The notes under the pieces were generated by a model. The model worked only from the letters and a program-made list of their open reading frames with translations, searched no databases and was not told where the DNA came from. DNA of 58,196 nucleotides from a virus (Duplodnaviria > Caudoviricetes), in the IMG/VR virus record IMGVR_UViG_3300032087_000460, positions 1 through 58,196 of that record; one strand, given 5' to 3'. Made by a program: the position numbers and the translations under genes. Shown piece by piece: positions 1-10,110 of this stretch (position 1 is the stretch's first letter; every line of letters starts with the position of its first letter).

Positions 1-300
1 ATCCCCGGCTATCCCGGCAAGTATTTCTACGTGTGGATGGACGCGCCGGTGGGCTACATGGCCAGCTTCCAGAATCTGTGCGAGCGCGAGGGCATCAATT
101 TCGACGACTACTGGAAAGCGGATTCCGACGCCGAGCTGTATCACTTCATCGGCAAGGACATCATCAATTTCCACGGCCTGTTCTGGCCCGCCATGTTGCA
201 CTCAGCCGGCCTGCGCACACCAACGGCGATTTTTGCTCACGGCTTCCTCACGGTGAACGGCACCAAGATGTCCAAGAGCCGCGGTACCTTCATCAACGCC
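1..300 (+). CDS. metG: Host methionyl-tRNA synthetase, internal fragment, interrupted at the phage junction
   Basis: Frame 1 reads [19 protein letters not shown]...[11 protein letters not shown]...WPAML...[21 protein letters not shown], with class I KMSKS and MetRS motifs. It is much more GC-rich than the rest of the window. The frame runs into phage DNA and stops at 417. Confidence 0.95.
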
Positions 301-2877
301 GCCAGTATCACTGTAGCCTTCCAACGCACTACCCGTGCTAGATCCTCCGGCACCAGCAGCGCCAGCACCAGTCATCCCACCATAATCGGGTGTAATGTCT
401 CTATTAACATCTGGTAGATCTTCGGGACTATACTGAAACCCTTGCAAATTAGTAGGTGTTTCACTTAGTGAAGCAAATGTTTCTGGTCCCGTTAATCCTG
501 CACCCAATGCTTGTTGTTGTTCTGGTGTTAAAGAAGGACTAAGGCTCATTGCTTCATTAGCATTAGAAATAGCTGTATTTAAAGATTTATTACCGTTCTT
601 TATATCATCTTCATCAAGCGTTTTTGTAAACTTCTCGCCTCCAACAATCTCTACCTGTCCCGTTACAGGATTAACACCGTACGTTGCAGCAAAAGCACCT
701 GTACCTTTAAAACCTACTTGACCATTTGATAAGGTACCTTTTGTAATACTGGGATCACCTAAAATATCTTGTCCTAATACGTCACCTGCCTGTTTAAGAG
801 TAGCCATAGTATTAATATTAGAGCGTTCTTGAGGACTTAGATCTTTAAAGCTATTCTCATAAGATATAGCCGCTCTATTTGCTGCGTTAGCTTGTACCAT
901 AGGTATGCTGCTAAGACTGTTTAAACTTTCAGCAATCGTATTTGTGCCTTTTAAGTTTCTTTCCATGAAACCTGCTATGTTTTGTGCCGCTGAAGTTATT
1001 TTAGTTGGTGGGTTTATAGCATTAGCTACAACCTGACCCATAAGAGACAGCATTGCTCTACCTGCATATGAGTCTGCCAAAGAAGCAAAGCTCTTTAGCC
1101 CTTGTATGTTTGCGTCTGAAGGATATGCAGCTAGTTCTGCTACAGACCCCGTTCCGGGCGTATTAAAGTTACCTGAAGGCCCACCAGCAGTAATTCCACC
1201 TGTGCCTACTGGATCTTCTCCACCACCAGTAGTGTCACCACTTGTTGTACCTGCTGTAGTTCCTGTAGCACCAGCACCAGTAGCGGCACTTAGGTTTGCA
1301 GCTAGGTTAGCCCCATAGTTTTGGAAAGCCTGTTGGTCTGCGTCTGAACTGCTATCAACAACATTTTGTGGCAGAAAGCGCTTTAGATATTCAAAAGAAT
1401 TTGTACCTATAAGGTCTTCTACGTCTTTAAAGTTAAATGCTATACCACTGCCTGTGTTTGTAAGTTGATCGTCTGTAACAGTTGCATTTTCATCAATTAG
1501 CGCACCGTCTGCTGCTTTAATAGGTTCTTTTTCTTCTGACTCACCTTCTTCGTAATCTTCAATAACTTCAATATCTTCAATAGTAAACGGAGGTCCACCA
1601 GCATTAAAGATTGTGTCGTCTGGTAGTGTCTGGCCTTCCTCAGTACCAAACTGACCCATAGCCTCCATTTTTTTATAGCCCATCTTAGCTTTATCTCTAA
1701 GAGTCATAAAATATTCAACACCAAAATAACGTACTACATCAGCAGGAATTACCATTTCACCTTCACTAAGCATAGCAGGCTGATCGTCACGTACCTCTGC
1801 TGCCGTACTGCCTAATGGAATATCATTACCGGAAACTGGGTCTACGTTACCACCATCTTCAAATAATTCCATTTGCTTGTCCATAGAAAGTCCCCCAGCA
1901 TTCATGTTAATGGTGTCCTCTTCAAAAATAGAGGCGTCAAATTCCACTAAATTATTATTTAAAAGCCCACCAGCATTAAAACCGTAATCAGAAAATGTTG
2001 CAGCATCAATATCGATAACGTCGTACAAAGGGTGTTCTTTTCTACCAGCAACCTTAATAGTACCTATGACGTTTCGTCCCCTCATGTCACCTACCATAGT
2101 AGGTTTTAACGAAGGTTGTTGATAAACTGTTTTACCCTTTTTTGCACTAGCCCTTGCGTCTTTTACTTTATGCGTAAGAAGAGCAGCGTCACCCTCAATG
2201 TTTAAATGAAGTCCATAAATATGGTCTGACTCCATTCCTCTATTTTTCTTATACTGAGGTGCGTTTTTTACTCCGCTTACAGCTACAGTTACAATACCGT
2301 ACGAGTCACCTTCTTTACCTATACTTTCTAGTTGACCCCCTGTCCTGTCGTCTACAACTGTAAATTTATCTTTCTTTAACAGGTTTGTTTTTAAAAGACC
2401 TACGTCTTCAGATCTTAGTTCTTTAGCTAAGTTTTTAACCTGCTCTTCAGTAATATCGTCTTCAGATAAAGTACCCTTAAACTTTGGACCCGGTCCATTA
2501 TAAGGATTTATTTGTGAGTTACTAACTCTTTTATTAGTTATAAACCTTTTACCTGCAACATCACTATATTCACCAACACCTTCTGCTATAATGTCTTCTG
2601 TTTTTCTACCTGTTTGCTCTAATATAGGATTTAAAAAAGAATACTTAGGATCTCCAAACATTCTCGGTGGTGTAGGTGCAATACTGGTTGCGTCTCCTAA
2701 TTTATCTAAACTTTCTTGGTACTGGTCTTTTAAAAGCCTTTGCTCAGTTTGTGGCACACCTAATGGCATTTCTAATTGTCTAGGTGCAACTTTAGCTGCT
2801 TCTGGAGCTTGTTTAGTAACAGCCTTTGAGGCTTCTTTACTTAAACTTCTAGCTATAAGTGAAGCAAGACCACTCAT
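202..2877 (-). CDS. Large virion-associated (probably internal) protein, 5' part; the true C-terminus is encoded at 57939-58196
   Basis: 891-aa ORF downstream of portal, containing [12 protein letters not shown]...[23 protein letters not shown] and several xxxGG motifs. Its last ~27 residues are read from antisense metG. Confidence 0.7.
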   Translation of the reverse strand: MSGLASLIARSLSKEASKAVTKQAPEAAKVAPRQLEMPLGVPQTEQRLLKDQYQESLDKLGDATSIAPTPPRMFGDPKYSFLNPILEQTGRKTEDIIAEGVGEYSDVAGKRFITNKRVSNSQINPYNGPGPKFKGTLSEDDITEEQVKNLAKELRSEDVGLLKTNLLKKDKFTVVDDRTGGQLESIGKEGDSYGIVTVAVSGVKNAPQYKKNRGMESDHIYGLHLNIEGDAALLTHKVKDARASAKKGKTVYQQPSLKPTMVGDMRGRNVIGTIKVAGRKEHPLYDVIDIDAATFSDYGFNAGGLLNNNLVEFDASIFEEDTINMNAGGLSMDKQMELFEDGGNVDPVSGNDIPLGSTAAEVRDDQPAMLSEGEMVIPADVVRYFGVEYFMTLRDKAKMGYKKMEAMGQFGTEEGQTLPDDTIFNAGGPPFTIEDIEVIEDYEEGESEEKEPIKAADGALIDENATVTDDQLTNTGSGIAFNFKDVEDLIGTNSFEYLKRFLPQNVVDSSSDADQQAFQNYGANLAANLSAATGAGATGTTAGTTSGDTTGGGEDPVGTGGITAGGPSGNFNTPGTGSVAELAAYPSDANIQGLKSFASLADSYAGRAMLSLMGQVVANAINPPTKITSAAQNIAGFMERNLKGTNTIAESLNSLSSIPMVQANAANRAAISYENSFKDLSPQERSNINTMATLKQAGDVLGQDILGDPSITKGTLSNGQVGFKGTGAFAATYGVNPVTGQVEIVGGEKFTKTLDEDDIKNGNKSLNTAISNANEAMSLSPSLTPEQQQALGAGLTGPETFASLSETPTNLQGFQYSPEDLPDVNRDITPDYGGMTGAGAAGAGGSSTGSALEGYSDTGGVDEGTAALGHLGAVHREEAVSKNRRWCAQAG
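284..300 (+). repeat. Left copy of 17-bp direct repeat (candidate attL core) GTACCTTCATCAACGCC
   Basis: 16/17 identical to 58180-58196 and located exactly at the host/phage composition boundary. Confidence 0.7.
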
Positions 2878-2881
2878 AAAA

Positions 2882-3097
2882 TTAATCCCTCTTAATTAAA
2901 TTTTCCAAAGCCTTTATCTTCTGAAGGGCATGAATGTAGCCTTGCGCCCGATGTAGTACAATATTATTTTCTGCTTGTTCTAGTACCTTATGCTGATAAT
3001 CAATCAGCTCATCCAAATATTCTTTTACATTAGCCCATAGGTGGGGGTTGCTGACCAGCCCCTTGAGCCGCTCCACCTTCTGCTGGCTGTTGCTCAT
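2882..3097 (-). CDS. Small hypothetical protein downstream of portal
   Basis: 71-aa helical ORF in operon context. Confidence 0.7.
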   Translation of the reverse strand: MSNSQQKVERLKGLVSNPHLWANVKEYLDELIDYQHKVLEQAENNIVLHRAQGYIHALQKIKALENLIKRD

Positions 3098-5183
3098 TGC
3101 CTGTAAATCCTTGTTCTTGTGGACCCGGTGCTACCCCTGTTCCAATAGTGCCGCCACCTGCTCCTGTTTGATCTGCTGGATTAGCACCTGCTGGTGCGCC
3201 CTGCTGTGGTGCTTGTTGTGGCTGTGGTTGAGTAGCTTGCCATGCTTTCATCATCTCTGCCTGAATAGCGGCGTCGCCCATATTGTTGACGACCTTTTCA
3301 GGATCAAGATCGAGTGATCTAGCAATTTCTGTAATAATATAGTCCATTTTTGCAAATGGTGCAAGTGCTGGATTACTAGTAACTTGAATAAATTGCATCA
3401 GACGCTGACTACGTACTTCATTAGCCATTAAGCTTTCTGTACCACGAGCCTTAACTTCCAGATCACCTTTGATTTCTTTGTCAAAAGAAAACTGCATATT
3501 AAACTGGAATAGTCCATCACCTAATGGTTTTAATAGATAGTCATCTACGTTTTTAATTACGCTCTTGATGCTGCCTGCTGCTGCACCCATAAGCATACTA
3601 ATACCACTAGCTGTACGTCCTACGCCGCTAACACCAGTTTGTCCATGTGCAAATGAAGGGAAGCCTGTGCTTTCGTCAGCAAGTTGCCGAGCCTTATCAA
3701 ATAATTGTAAGTTCTCGCCAGCAACATTTGGAAACTTAGTACCGAATATGGCTTGACCGGGCGCACCACCCTGACGACGAAACACTTTGCCCGGATAGAC
3801 GCTAAGGTCTTGACCCGGTACTAGATTAGTTTCATCGACTTCAATAAGTAAGTTACCAGACAATACAGCATTATCTACTGCCATCCTCATAAAGCCATTC
3901 ATAAGGATCTGTGTGTCTTCCATATTCTCAGCAATGCCTACACCAAAGAAGCTGTATGGGTTTAGCTCGTAAGGCGCTGCCATATATGGAATACGTACAG
4001 GCTTGAACGGATTAATTACCAAACGAATAACTTGACCATTGACAGTCCAAATGTTTGCCTGAACTTGATCGTAGTCTGCGTATTCTTCTGGTATCTCTAT
4101 GTCTTCGTCTTCTAGAAGCTCTGTATCAATAACACCCCAATATTCTAGTACCTCAAAGCGGTCAATATCGTGGTTCTGTTCATAGTCAGCAAGATCGTCT
4201 TCCCACCATTCTTTAGTGTAGTCTTCACCTTGCTCAATGCATTGATCAATAACATTGCCTCTAAAGAAAGGCCGTTTTTTCAAGTTACGTAATTGACTAC
4301 GGCTCATCTTGTGCCGCTCTACTACGTACTGTGCCTCTTCCATATTATTAGCGTCTGGATCTGGATAGAAGTTCCAAACACTTACGTGACCAATCTGCGG
4401 TACTGTTTTAATTGTAGGATTGTATGTACCTTCTTCGTCCCAGTTTGCGTATTCTTTATTTACGGCAAATGGCCCCTTCAGTACACCAGTACCAAACAGA
4501 GCCATTTCAAACGATGTGCTACGAAGATGTTTAGATGCATTACATTCGTCTAGCTGGTCTATGATTTTCTTCTGCATTTTCTTTGCAGCTACCATAGCTG
4601 GATGGAATGTAACTTTAGTTGGTGTTGTACCCGGTCCTGCTTTAAGACCTTTTAGATCTCCGAGCTTTTCTTCCATAGCGCCAAGCATAAGGCTATTATA
4701 CGTGGCACCGGGTGGTAAGTCTTTACCGTCACCAGCAAAGCCGTATGGGTTTATCTGTTCTGGTCCTGCCTGCTGTTCTTCACGTAATTCGTCAGGCAAA
4801 GATGGATCATAGTGTACAGCGTCCTCTACACCTTCTGGCAGTACAGTAGGATCAATAGTAAGAGGAAAGCGCTGACTACCAAATAGTACATCGACAATTT
4901 GACCATAAGCAGCCAAAGTTTTGGTTTTTGTGATTTTGATGAAGACACGGGACTTTTCCGTTTCCATGAATTGTACATCAGGCCCGTAGATACCACGATA
5001 ATTACGATATGCCTTTAACCAGCGTTGCTCTTCTGTAAAACGATACGTCTTAGCTTTTTCATATTTATCGTTGATATATCGAAGAATAGGCGTATAACCG
5101 TAGTCCCAATCCTCTACGTCATTAACGTCCTCTGCTGCAATGCCCATTTGCTCAATGAGATTTTCGTCTTCTTCGATAGCCAT
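3030..5183 (-). CDS. Portal protein
   Basis: 717 aa, directly after terminase. WLKAYRNYRG, FYPDPDA, FFGVGIAE, RTASGISML and a Q/P-rich tail are typical of podoviral portals. Confidence 0.88.
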   Translation of the reverse strand: MAIEEDENLIEQMGIAAEDVNDVEDWDYGYTPILRYINDKYEKAKTYRFTEEQRWLKAYRNYRGIYGPDVQFMETEKSRVFIKITKTKTLAAYGQIVDVLFGSQRFPLTIDPTVLPEGVEDAVHYDPSLPDELREEQQAGPEQINPYGFAGDGKDLPPGATYNSLMLGAMEEKLGDLKGLKAGPGTTPTKVTFHPAMVAAKKMQKKIIDQLDECNASKHLRSTSFEMALFGTGVLKGPFAVNKEYANWDEEGTYNPTIKTVPQIGHVSVWNFYPDPDANNMEEAQYVVERHKMSRSQLRNLKKRPFFRGNVIDQCIEQGEDYTKEWWEDDLADYEQNHDIDRFEVLEYWGVIDTELLEDEDIEIPEEYADYDQVQANIWTVNGQVIRLVINPFKPVRIPYMAAPYELNPYSFFGVGIAENMEDTQILMNGFMRMAVDNAVLSGNLLIEVDETNLVPGQDLSVYPGKVFRRQGGAPGQAIFGTKFPNVAGENLQLFDKARQLADESTGFPSFAHGQTGVSGVGRTASGISMLMGAAAGSIKSVIKNVDDYLLKPLGDGLFQFNMQFSFDKEIKGDLEVKARGTESLMANEVRSQRLMQFIQVTSNPALAPFAKMDYIITEIARSLDLDPEKVVNNMGDAAIQAEMMKAWQATQPQPQQAPQQGAPAGANPADQTGAGGGTIGTGVAPGPQEQGFTGNEQQPAEGGAAQGAGQQPPPMG

Positions 5184-5194
5184 TTAAAGTTCCT

Positions 5195-6781
5195 TTAGTA
5201 ACCAAACACAGAGTCAGCGGGTCTATGTGTATTACGCGGTGTATTGGGATCGTAATCAAATATACTGAAGCGAGGTCTAGACATTATACCATAACGTAGA
5301 GCGTCGTACAAGTGATCTTCTGCGTTAGTGTCTATATCTTCAGGGTTCTTTTTATCAATAGGTAGTGCAGGTAACTGAGCAACTATGTTTGTACAATTAT
5401 TAAAAAATACTAAACGTGGTTCCTCTGTAAATTCATCTATTTGTAATCTTCTGTGTAATTCGTTTTTGCCTGCTACCCTACTACCCTTACTTCTGTCTGA
5501 CGGCCTCCACCTACAACCTCTACTAATCATTTGCTCCGCTAGACTCGGCCCTGTATCACCCCGCTTGTGCCACAAAGAACTGTCTAGTACTCCATACTTA
5601 ATATTGCCGTCTTCCGCTTCCAACTCTAGTACCATATCCGCTAAATCTGTGGCTAGTACTTTAGATACGTATAACTCTCTATAAACTATAAGCTGTTCGT
5701 CTGGACTTACAGCAAACCAAATAACACCACTATAAGATCCGTACCCATAGTCACAGGCCCGAAATTTAACCCAATTACTTGGTATAGCAAAAGGCTCAAT
5801 AACGTGAACATTACGGTCAAACTCGGTAAAGGCTGCGCCTTCTTTAATGTCCCAGTCGCCGTCTAGTAACTGTCTCTTTTGCTGATCCGGTAATGACAGA
5901 AGCATAGCTTCGTAGTCACCACTGTCTGCTAGATACGGATTATCGACAAGTCTCGCAGGTATAAACCTACGCTTAAATAGTGGCTTACCTGCTTTCATGT
6001 GTCCAGCAGGATATTTTAATTCTTCTCCCGTTTCAATGTTTGTAGCATTAAAACGTGTATTAGGTGGTGATGGATCAATAAACATCTTCTTGACCCAATG
6101 ATGACCTCTGCCACCCGGATTGGTGGTAGCCCTCATGTACACCGGCAAATCAGGGGCAGTGGACCGTAGACGAGATCGCATATAATCCCATGCATATGGG
6201 GTTGCCCATTGTGTCAACTCGTCAAAGCCTATCCAGCTAAATGCCAGACCCTGATAACGCAGTACGTCTTCATCCCTATCCAGATAAGACATCCACAACC
6301 GCGCACCGGATGGCGCAGTCCACTGCATCTTGCGTTCGGACCATTTAATGCCCTTAACAGCTTTTGGATACAACTCCTGAGACTTGAAGATAAGTTCTCT
6401 CAGTTCTTCCGTTGTATGTCGTAAAAGCAATCCACTAAACTGTGGATGTTCAAAGTAACGGACTGGGTCAGCAAGCATTGCGAATGATTTACCGCCGCCT
6501 GCTGCCCCTCCGTACAGCACCTCTCGTTCAGGTGCCTCTAGAAACTCTGTTTGTGGACCTGCATTAGGTGCAAATATTGCGTTCTGTTCTACAGGCTCCG
6601 GTTCTTTATATGCTACAGAAGACTCTATAACTTCAGGATTCTTCAGTAGTTCCGCCGCGTGTAGTGTCGGTTTTGGAGCCGAGTCTTTCGTTTTCGATCT
6701 TTTCCGCTTTGGAGAGCGTCTCTTCGACATAAGCTGCCCATCTGCGGAGGATAACAGTTTTGTTCTTACGCTTTCGCTCAT
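5195..6781 (-). CDS. terL: Terminase large subunit
   Basis: Walker A YGGAAGGGKS, Walker B IGFDE, ATTNPGG coupling motif, nuclease DYGY and DHLYDALRY. The start could be the later ATG at 6730. Confidence 0.95.
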   Translation of the reverse strand: MSESVRTKLLSSADGQLMSKRRSPKRKRSKTKDSAPKPTLHAAELLKNPEVIESSVAYKEPEPVEQNAIFAPNAGPQTEFLEAPEREVLYGGAAGGGKSFAMLADPVRYFEHPQFSGLLLRHTTEELRELIFKSQELYPKAVKGIKWSERKMQWTAPSGARLWMSYLDRDEDVLRYQGLAFSWIGFDELTQWATPYAWDYMRSRLRSTAPDLPVYMRATTNPGGRGHHWVKKMFIDPSPPNTRFNATNIETGEELKYPAGHMKAGKPLFKRRFIPARLVDNPYLADSGDYEAMLLSLPDQQKRQLLDGDWDIKEGAAFTEFDRNVHVIEPFAIPSNWVKFRACDYGYGSYSGVIWFAVSPDEQLIVYRELYVSKVLATDLADMVLELEAEDGNIKYGVLDSSLWHKRGDTGPSLAEQMISRGCRWRPSDRSKGSRVAGKNELHRRLQIDEFTEEPRLVFFNNCTNIVAQLPALPIDKKNPEDIDTNAEDHLYDALRYGIMSRPRFSIFDYDPNTPRNTHRPADSVFGY

Positions 6782-7076
6782 TCTTCACCCGTTTCATTAA
6801 ACCAACGTGTGATATGTAACGTCCCGTTCTTTTGCTTAACCAATTTGCTACTTCTCTATATGGATACTGTTTTAAATGTTTTTTAGCTTCTACTAAAGCG
6901 TCAAGTTCACTCGCAATAGGTCTCAGTATCTTGTCGTCTTCTTCATCTAGTTCATACCCAAACGGTACTGTTCTAGCTATTCTCGGCAGTGAAACCCATT
7001 CACCGTCTTCTTTAACGTCTAATGGTTGGGGTAGCTTCCACGAACCAGTACTACGTTGTATTGCTTTAGTCGTCAT
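6633..7076 (-). CDS. Putative DNA-binding protein (PFGY + HTH, recombinase-domain-like)
   Basis: RTVPFGY...YREVANWLSKRTGRYISHVGL resembles the DNA-binding recombinase domain of large serine recombinases, without a catalytic domain. Confidence 0.55.
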   Translation of the reverse strand: MTTKAIQRSTGSWKLPQPLDVKEDGEWVSLPRIARTVPFGYELDEEDDKILRPIASELDALVEAKKHLKQYPYREVANWLSKRTGRYISHVGLMKRVKNERKRKNKTVILRRWAAYVEETLSKAEKIENERLGSKTDTTRGGTTEES

Positions 7077-7443
7077 CGTCCTCAATTACCGCTTTAGGTG
7101 GTAATATAAATACTCCGCCAGAACTTTCGACCTGCATCTTTTCTGACTTGATAATGCCACTACGATCTAAAAGATCTTTAGCTGCGTTAATCTTATCACG
7201 AATACCCAACTCTGTAGGGTCATCAATGCCACTAATAATAGCATAAGCAGCTTTAGGCGCATTATGTGCCATAAAGTTTTTAGTGGCTTCAATAATTTCG
7301 TCTTTAATACCCGCCGTAATTTCCGATAACTGCGTATTACTTGAGTAGCCTGCCAGTTTTTTAGCTGCATACAGATCTCCCCTTGCCTCACCGAATAAGA
7401 CTGAGATAAATGCCTGCTGCTTTTCTGTCAGTTGTTTACTCAT
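7066..7443 (-). CDS. Putative terminase small subunit
   Basis: LTEKQQAF...AAKKLAGYS N-terminal HTH and AAKDLLDRSG; upstream of terL. Confidence 0.65.
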   Translation of the reverse strand: MSKQLTEKQQAFISVLFGEARGDLYAAKKLAGYSSNTQLSEITAGIKDEIIEATKNFMAHNAPKAAYAIISGIDDPTELGIRDKINAAKDLLDRSGIIKSEKMQVESSGGVFILPPKAVIEDDDD

Positions 7444-7446
7444 TTA

Positions 7447-7779
7447 TCAAACACCTTTTTTATGCTTTTGGCTTTTAGGTGGACTTTTCTTGCTACCGCC
7501 TGCACCAGCCCAAAAAACTTTGTTAGCCCAGTACGCAGCAGAAGTTTTGCCTCTTGCAATATTTTTTGCATGACGCGCTTTAAAAGATTTACGAGCCTCC
7601 GCAGAGTAGTTATGACCCATCTTTTGATCGCCGAAGCGTATGACCTTAATTTTTCCATCGTCTTTCCTTACTGCAACTATGCCTTTTTTTGTAGGATGAC
7701 TTGGTGTCCGTTTAGGTTTGCTTAAACCAGACAACCCATAACGCTTGAGTTTTGCGCGTTCAGCTTCAGATAAAGCCAT
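7447..7779 (-). CDS. Basic protein (DUF5754-like)
   Basis: IRFGD...FKARH...SAAYWA pattern; K/R-rich. Confidence 0.6.
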   Translation of the reverse strand: MALSEAERAKLKRYGLSGLSKPKRTPSHPTKKGIVAVRKDDGKIKVIRFGDQKMGHNYSAEARKSFKARHAKNIARGKTSAAYWANKVFWAGAGGSKKSPPKSQKHKKGV

Positions 7780-7791
7780 TAAATCCTCCTA

Positions 7792-7819
7792 ATTATACTC
7801 AATTATTTTTTAATGTCAA
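7792..7819 (-). promoter_or_regulatory. Sigma70-type promoter TTGACA-16-TATAAT driving the packaging genes
   Basis: Perfect hexamers on the minus strand, followed by the RBS GGAGG of the 7779 ORF. Confidence 0.75.
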
Positions 7820-8200
7820 CTATTTTCTAAAGAACTTAGTGGCACCTCTTATACCAAAACTAGCTGCAACTACGCAACCTAATGAATATTGATACCACTC
7901 AGGCATAGCTTCAAGCTGCCTAAATCCATTCTGTACTATATCTTCCATACCCGGTACAAAAGCTAGTATCATTGGTATACTAAAGATAATTGTAAGATAT
8001 TCGTCTTTCCAGCTTCCTTTAGTACCTTCAGCCATAATGCGTTCCCAACCACTTTCGTGTGTGGCTGCTTCCACCATTACTTTGGCTTTAGCTTCTGCTT
8101 CCGCTACTTTCATAGCGGTCTTAGCTTTCTTTTCCTCTACATTGCCCTGTAGCCATGTACCAGCTAAATCAGCAATAGGTCCGATTAACGCACCAATCAT
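7820..8200 (-). CDS. Putative holin (3-TM, GTA-holin-like)
   Basis: SWKDEYLTIIFSIPMILAF, MPEWYQ, ASFGIR and hydrophobic segments. Confidence 0.65.
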   Translation of the reverse strand: MIGALIGPIADLAGTWLQGNVEEKKAKTAMKVAEAEAKAKVMVEAATHESGWERIMAEGTKGSWKDEYLTIIFSIPMILAFVPGMEDIVQNGFRQLEAMPEWYQYSLGCVVAASFGIRGATKFFRK

Positions 8201-8436
8201 GACTGTATCTCCGGTTCAAAGTCAAACTTAACGCCTTGACAAGACGCTGCCCATGCCTTTATTTCTCTTTCTTTTATCTTCTCTTCCATAGCAAGATATA
8301 CATATTCTTCTGGTGGGCATTGTTCTACTATATGCACAGATGGTTTTACTGTACCGTCATTATGCAGCACAAACAACATGAATACTAATTTAACTAGACT
8401 TTCGGTCACTTGTCTTCTTAGTGTCTTTTTCGACAC
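8197..8436 (-). CDS. Hypothetical protein
   Basis: ORF with overlapping stop/start; start uncertain. Confidence 0.5.
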   Translation of the reverse strand: MSKKTLRRQVTESLVKLVFMLFVLHNDGTVKPSVHIVEQCPPEEYVYLAMEEKIKEREIKAWAASCQGVKFDFEPEIQS

Positions 8437-8620
8437 TACCTAAGAATAAACCAAACGCACCAGTCAGTGCGCCGGTCATAACACTGAGTAAACCAGCCTG
8501 TTCAAGCGTTGGCGCTGGCAATGCCATAAACCATTCGATAACACGGAAGTTCATAACAATCAGTGCAATCATCATAACACGCGGTATAATACGCCAGTCA
8601 TCTAGTTGTTCAGGTTTCAT
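8390..8620 (-). CDS. Small 2-TM membrane protein
   Basis: LDDWRIIPR followed by two hydrophobic helices. Confidence 0.65.
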   Translation of the reverse strand: MKPEQLDDWRIIPRVMMIALIVMNFRVIEWFMALPAPTLEQAGLLSVMTGALTGAFGLFLGSVEKDTKKTSDRKSS

Positions 8621-8766
8621 CGTCTGCCCTGCCCCCTTAACGGTTTGCTGTTGTACTGTCTGGAATGTACATTAGGCCGTTTAGCGTGTCGGCCCGGTCT
8701 TCTTATACGTTTATGAAAAGCGTCTGTCTTGTCTTCTTTAAACGACGCTAACTTACTCTTTGCCAT
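8617..8766 (-). CDS. Small basic protein (49 aa, not in the ORF track)
   Basis: MAKSKLASF...RRPGRHAKRPN...RGQGRR. Overlaps both neighbours (TAATG and ATGA). Confidence 0.6.
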   Translation of the reverse strand: MAKSKLASFKEDKTDAFHKRIRRPGRHAKRPNVHSRQYNSKPLRGQGRR

Positions 8767-9008
8767 TACTTACGGTACTTTCTTGTTTTCTTAGCTATGG
8801 ACTTAGGTTGCTTAACATGCTGTTTGCCTGCTGCAGTGCCTTTACGCTTTGCTTTAGTTGTACGTGCGTATTCTGACGGACTGAGTGCCTTAATAGCTCT
8901 CTCCGGTAAATAGCGCTCACCGGTTTTACCTGATGGCTTACCGGACTTTGTACGCCACTTCTGTGCCGTCCACTTTTTAAGACTCTTCTGTGGTTTCTTT
9001 AGGGCCAT
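8766..9008 (-). CDS. Small basic protein
   Basis: QKSLKKWTAQKWRT...RYLPERA; very K/R-rich. Confidence 0.7.
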   Translation of the reverse strand: MALKKPQKSLKKWTAQKWRTKSGKPSGKTGERYLPERAIKALSPSEYARTTKAKRKGTAAGKQHVKQPKSIAKKTRKYRK

Positions 9009-9309
9009 TATCTACGACATCCCGTATTACAAGCTGCTTAATATATTTAGCACCTATAACGTCTACTATTGTTTGATAGCTAGACTTAATGTCTTGTTGC
9101 TGAAGCTGCATGACTTTCTGTGCGTCAATTAATTTAATTACGATAGCTTCTAGTCTTTTATGCTTTTCGTCTAGCTCTGCGGCTAGTTCATTCTGTATCC
9201 AAGTATTCTGTTTCCATATAAAATAACCAAAGGCAATGGTCATGGTCACTGGTATACCAAATGTCTCCAGTAAATTTATTATGTCCACTCGTATTCTCTC
9301 CCAATACAA
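8977..9309 (-). CDS. Membrane-anchored coiled-coil protein
   Basis: One TM segment (FGIPVTMTIAFGYFIW) then a coiled coil; start uncertain. Confidence 0.55.
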   Translation of the reverse strand: MYWERIRVDIINLLETFGIPVTMTIAFGYFIWKQNTWIQNELAAELDEKHKRLEAIVIKLIDAQKVMQLQQQDIKSSYQTIVDVIGAKYIKQLVIRDVVDNGPKETTEES

Positions 9310-9320
9310 ATAACATTACA

Positions 9321-9554
9321 CTATTTCCGCTTTGGTTGCTTCTTACGGTTTACCTTTTTAGACACAACTTTAAGATTACTCCGTTTGTTGTTTCTAGGGT
9401 TCATGTCCTTATGATCTACTTCCTTGCCGTCCCCTTTATGTACCCTACCTGTTTTAGCCAGTTTGTTACGTGCGGCATTACGACTAGCCCTGCGTTTCTT
9501 TTGTTCCTCTTTACCATGATATGAATCATATTCTTTACGGTAATCACGTTTCAT
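9321..9554 (-). CDS. Small HNH-family protein
   Basis: GDGKEVDHKDMNPRNN...NL...N motif. Confidence 0.7.
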   Translation of the reverse strand: MKRDYRKEYDSYHGKEEQKKRRASRNAARNKLAKTGRVHKGDGKEVDHKDMNPRNNKRSNLKVVSKKVNRKKQPKRK

Positions 9555-9733
9555 TTGTAGCCACCACCAGCCTTCTTATATTCACTAGCTAGAAGTTGCG
9601 CCTTTCTAGCAGACCACTGACCAGCCTTACCACCCTTTGTGCCAGCTTTGATCTTTTCAAAAAGCCGTTTACGCATAGTAGGCTTAGTATAATTACCAGC
9701 TTCATTTACTTTAGATTTTTTCTTTACTGCCAT
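9551..9733 (-). CDS. Small basic protein (DUF5872-like)
   Basis: NYTKP...GQWSARKAQLL...YKKAGGGYK. Confidence 0.65.
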   Translation of the reverse strand: MAVKKKSKVNEAGNYTKPTMRKRLFEKIKAGTKGGKAGQWSARKAQLLASEYKKAGGGYK

Positions 9734-10110
9734 TATGCACCTGTAAACGTAAACTGTGCAGGTTCTTCTTCTACAGATACCATAATATCAACCGCCGTTG
9801 GATTAGACGCAGAAGCTACTAGCTTATCGCCTGCGTGCATAAAGAAGTAACCGCCGTTTACTAAATTTAATAATGAGTTACCTGATAAAGTAGCATCTCT
9901 TATTATATACTTATAATCGTTTTCTTCGGCATGATAAAACTGAATAGAAACTGTGCTAGTACTAGCGGCACTATTAGACACATGCAAAAAACGAACAGTA
10001 CCATTATAGTTTGGAGGGCAAGTATACAGAAGATCTCCACTTGCGCCTCCAACAGTAGATGAAAGGGTATAGCCCTGTGTGTGGTATTTATATACTGTAC
10101 GTTCAGGCAT
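9733..10110 (-). CDS. Putative virion beta-sandwich protein
   Basis: LYTCP...VSN...GDKL pattern, similar to the 53080-53424 product. Confidence 0.55.
   Translation of the reverse strand: MPERTVYKYHTQGYTLSSTVGGASGDLLYTCPPNYNGTVRFLHVSNSAASTSTVSIQFYHAEENDYKYIIRDATLSGNSLLNLVNGGYFFMHAGDKLVASASNPTAVDIMVSVEEEPAQFTFTGA

Noticed and set aside
31-417. 128-aa ORF as a complete gene
   Set aside because: It is an internal MetG fragment (open from base 1) fused to 38 residues of antisense phage sequence.
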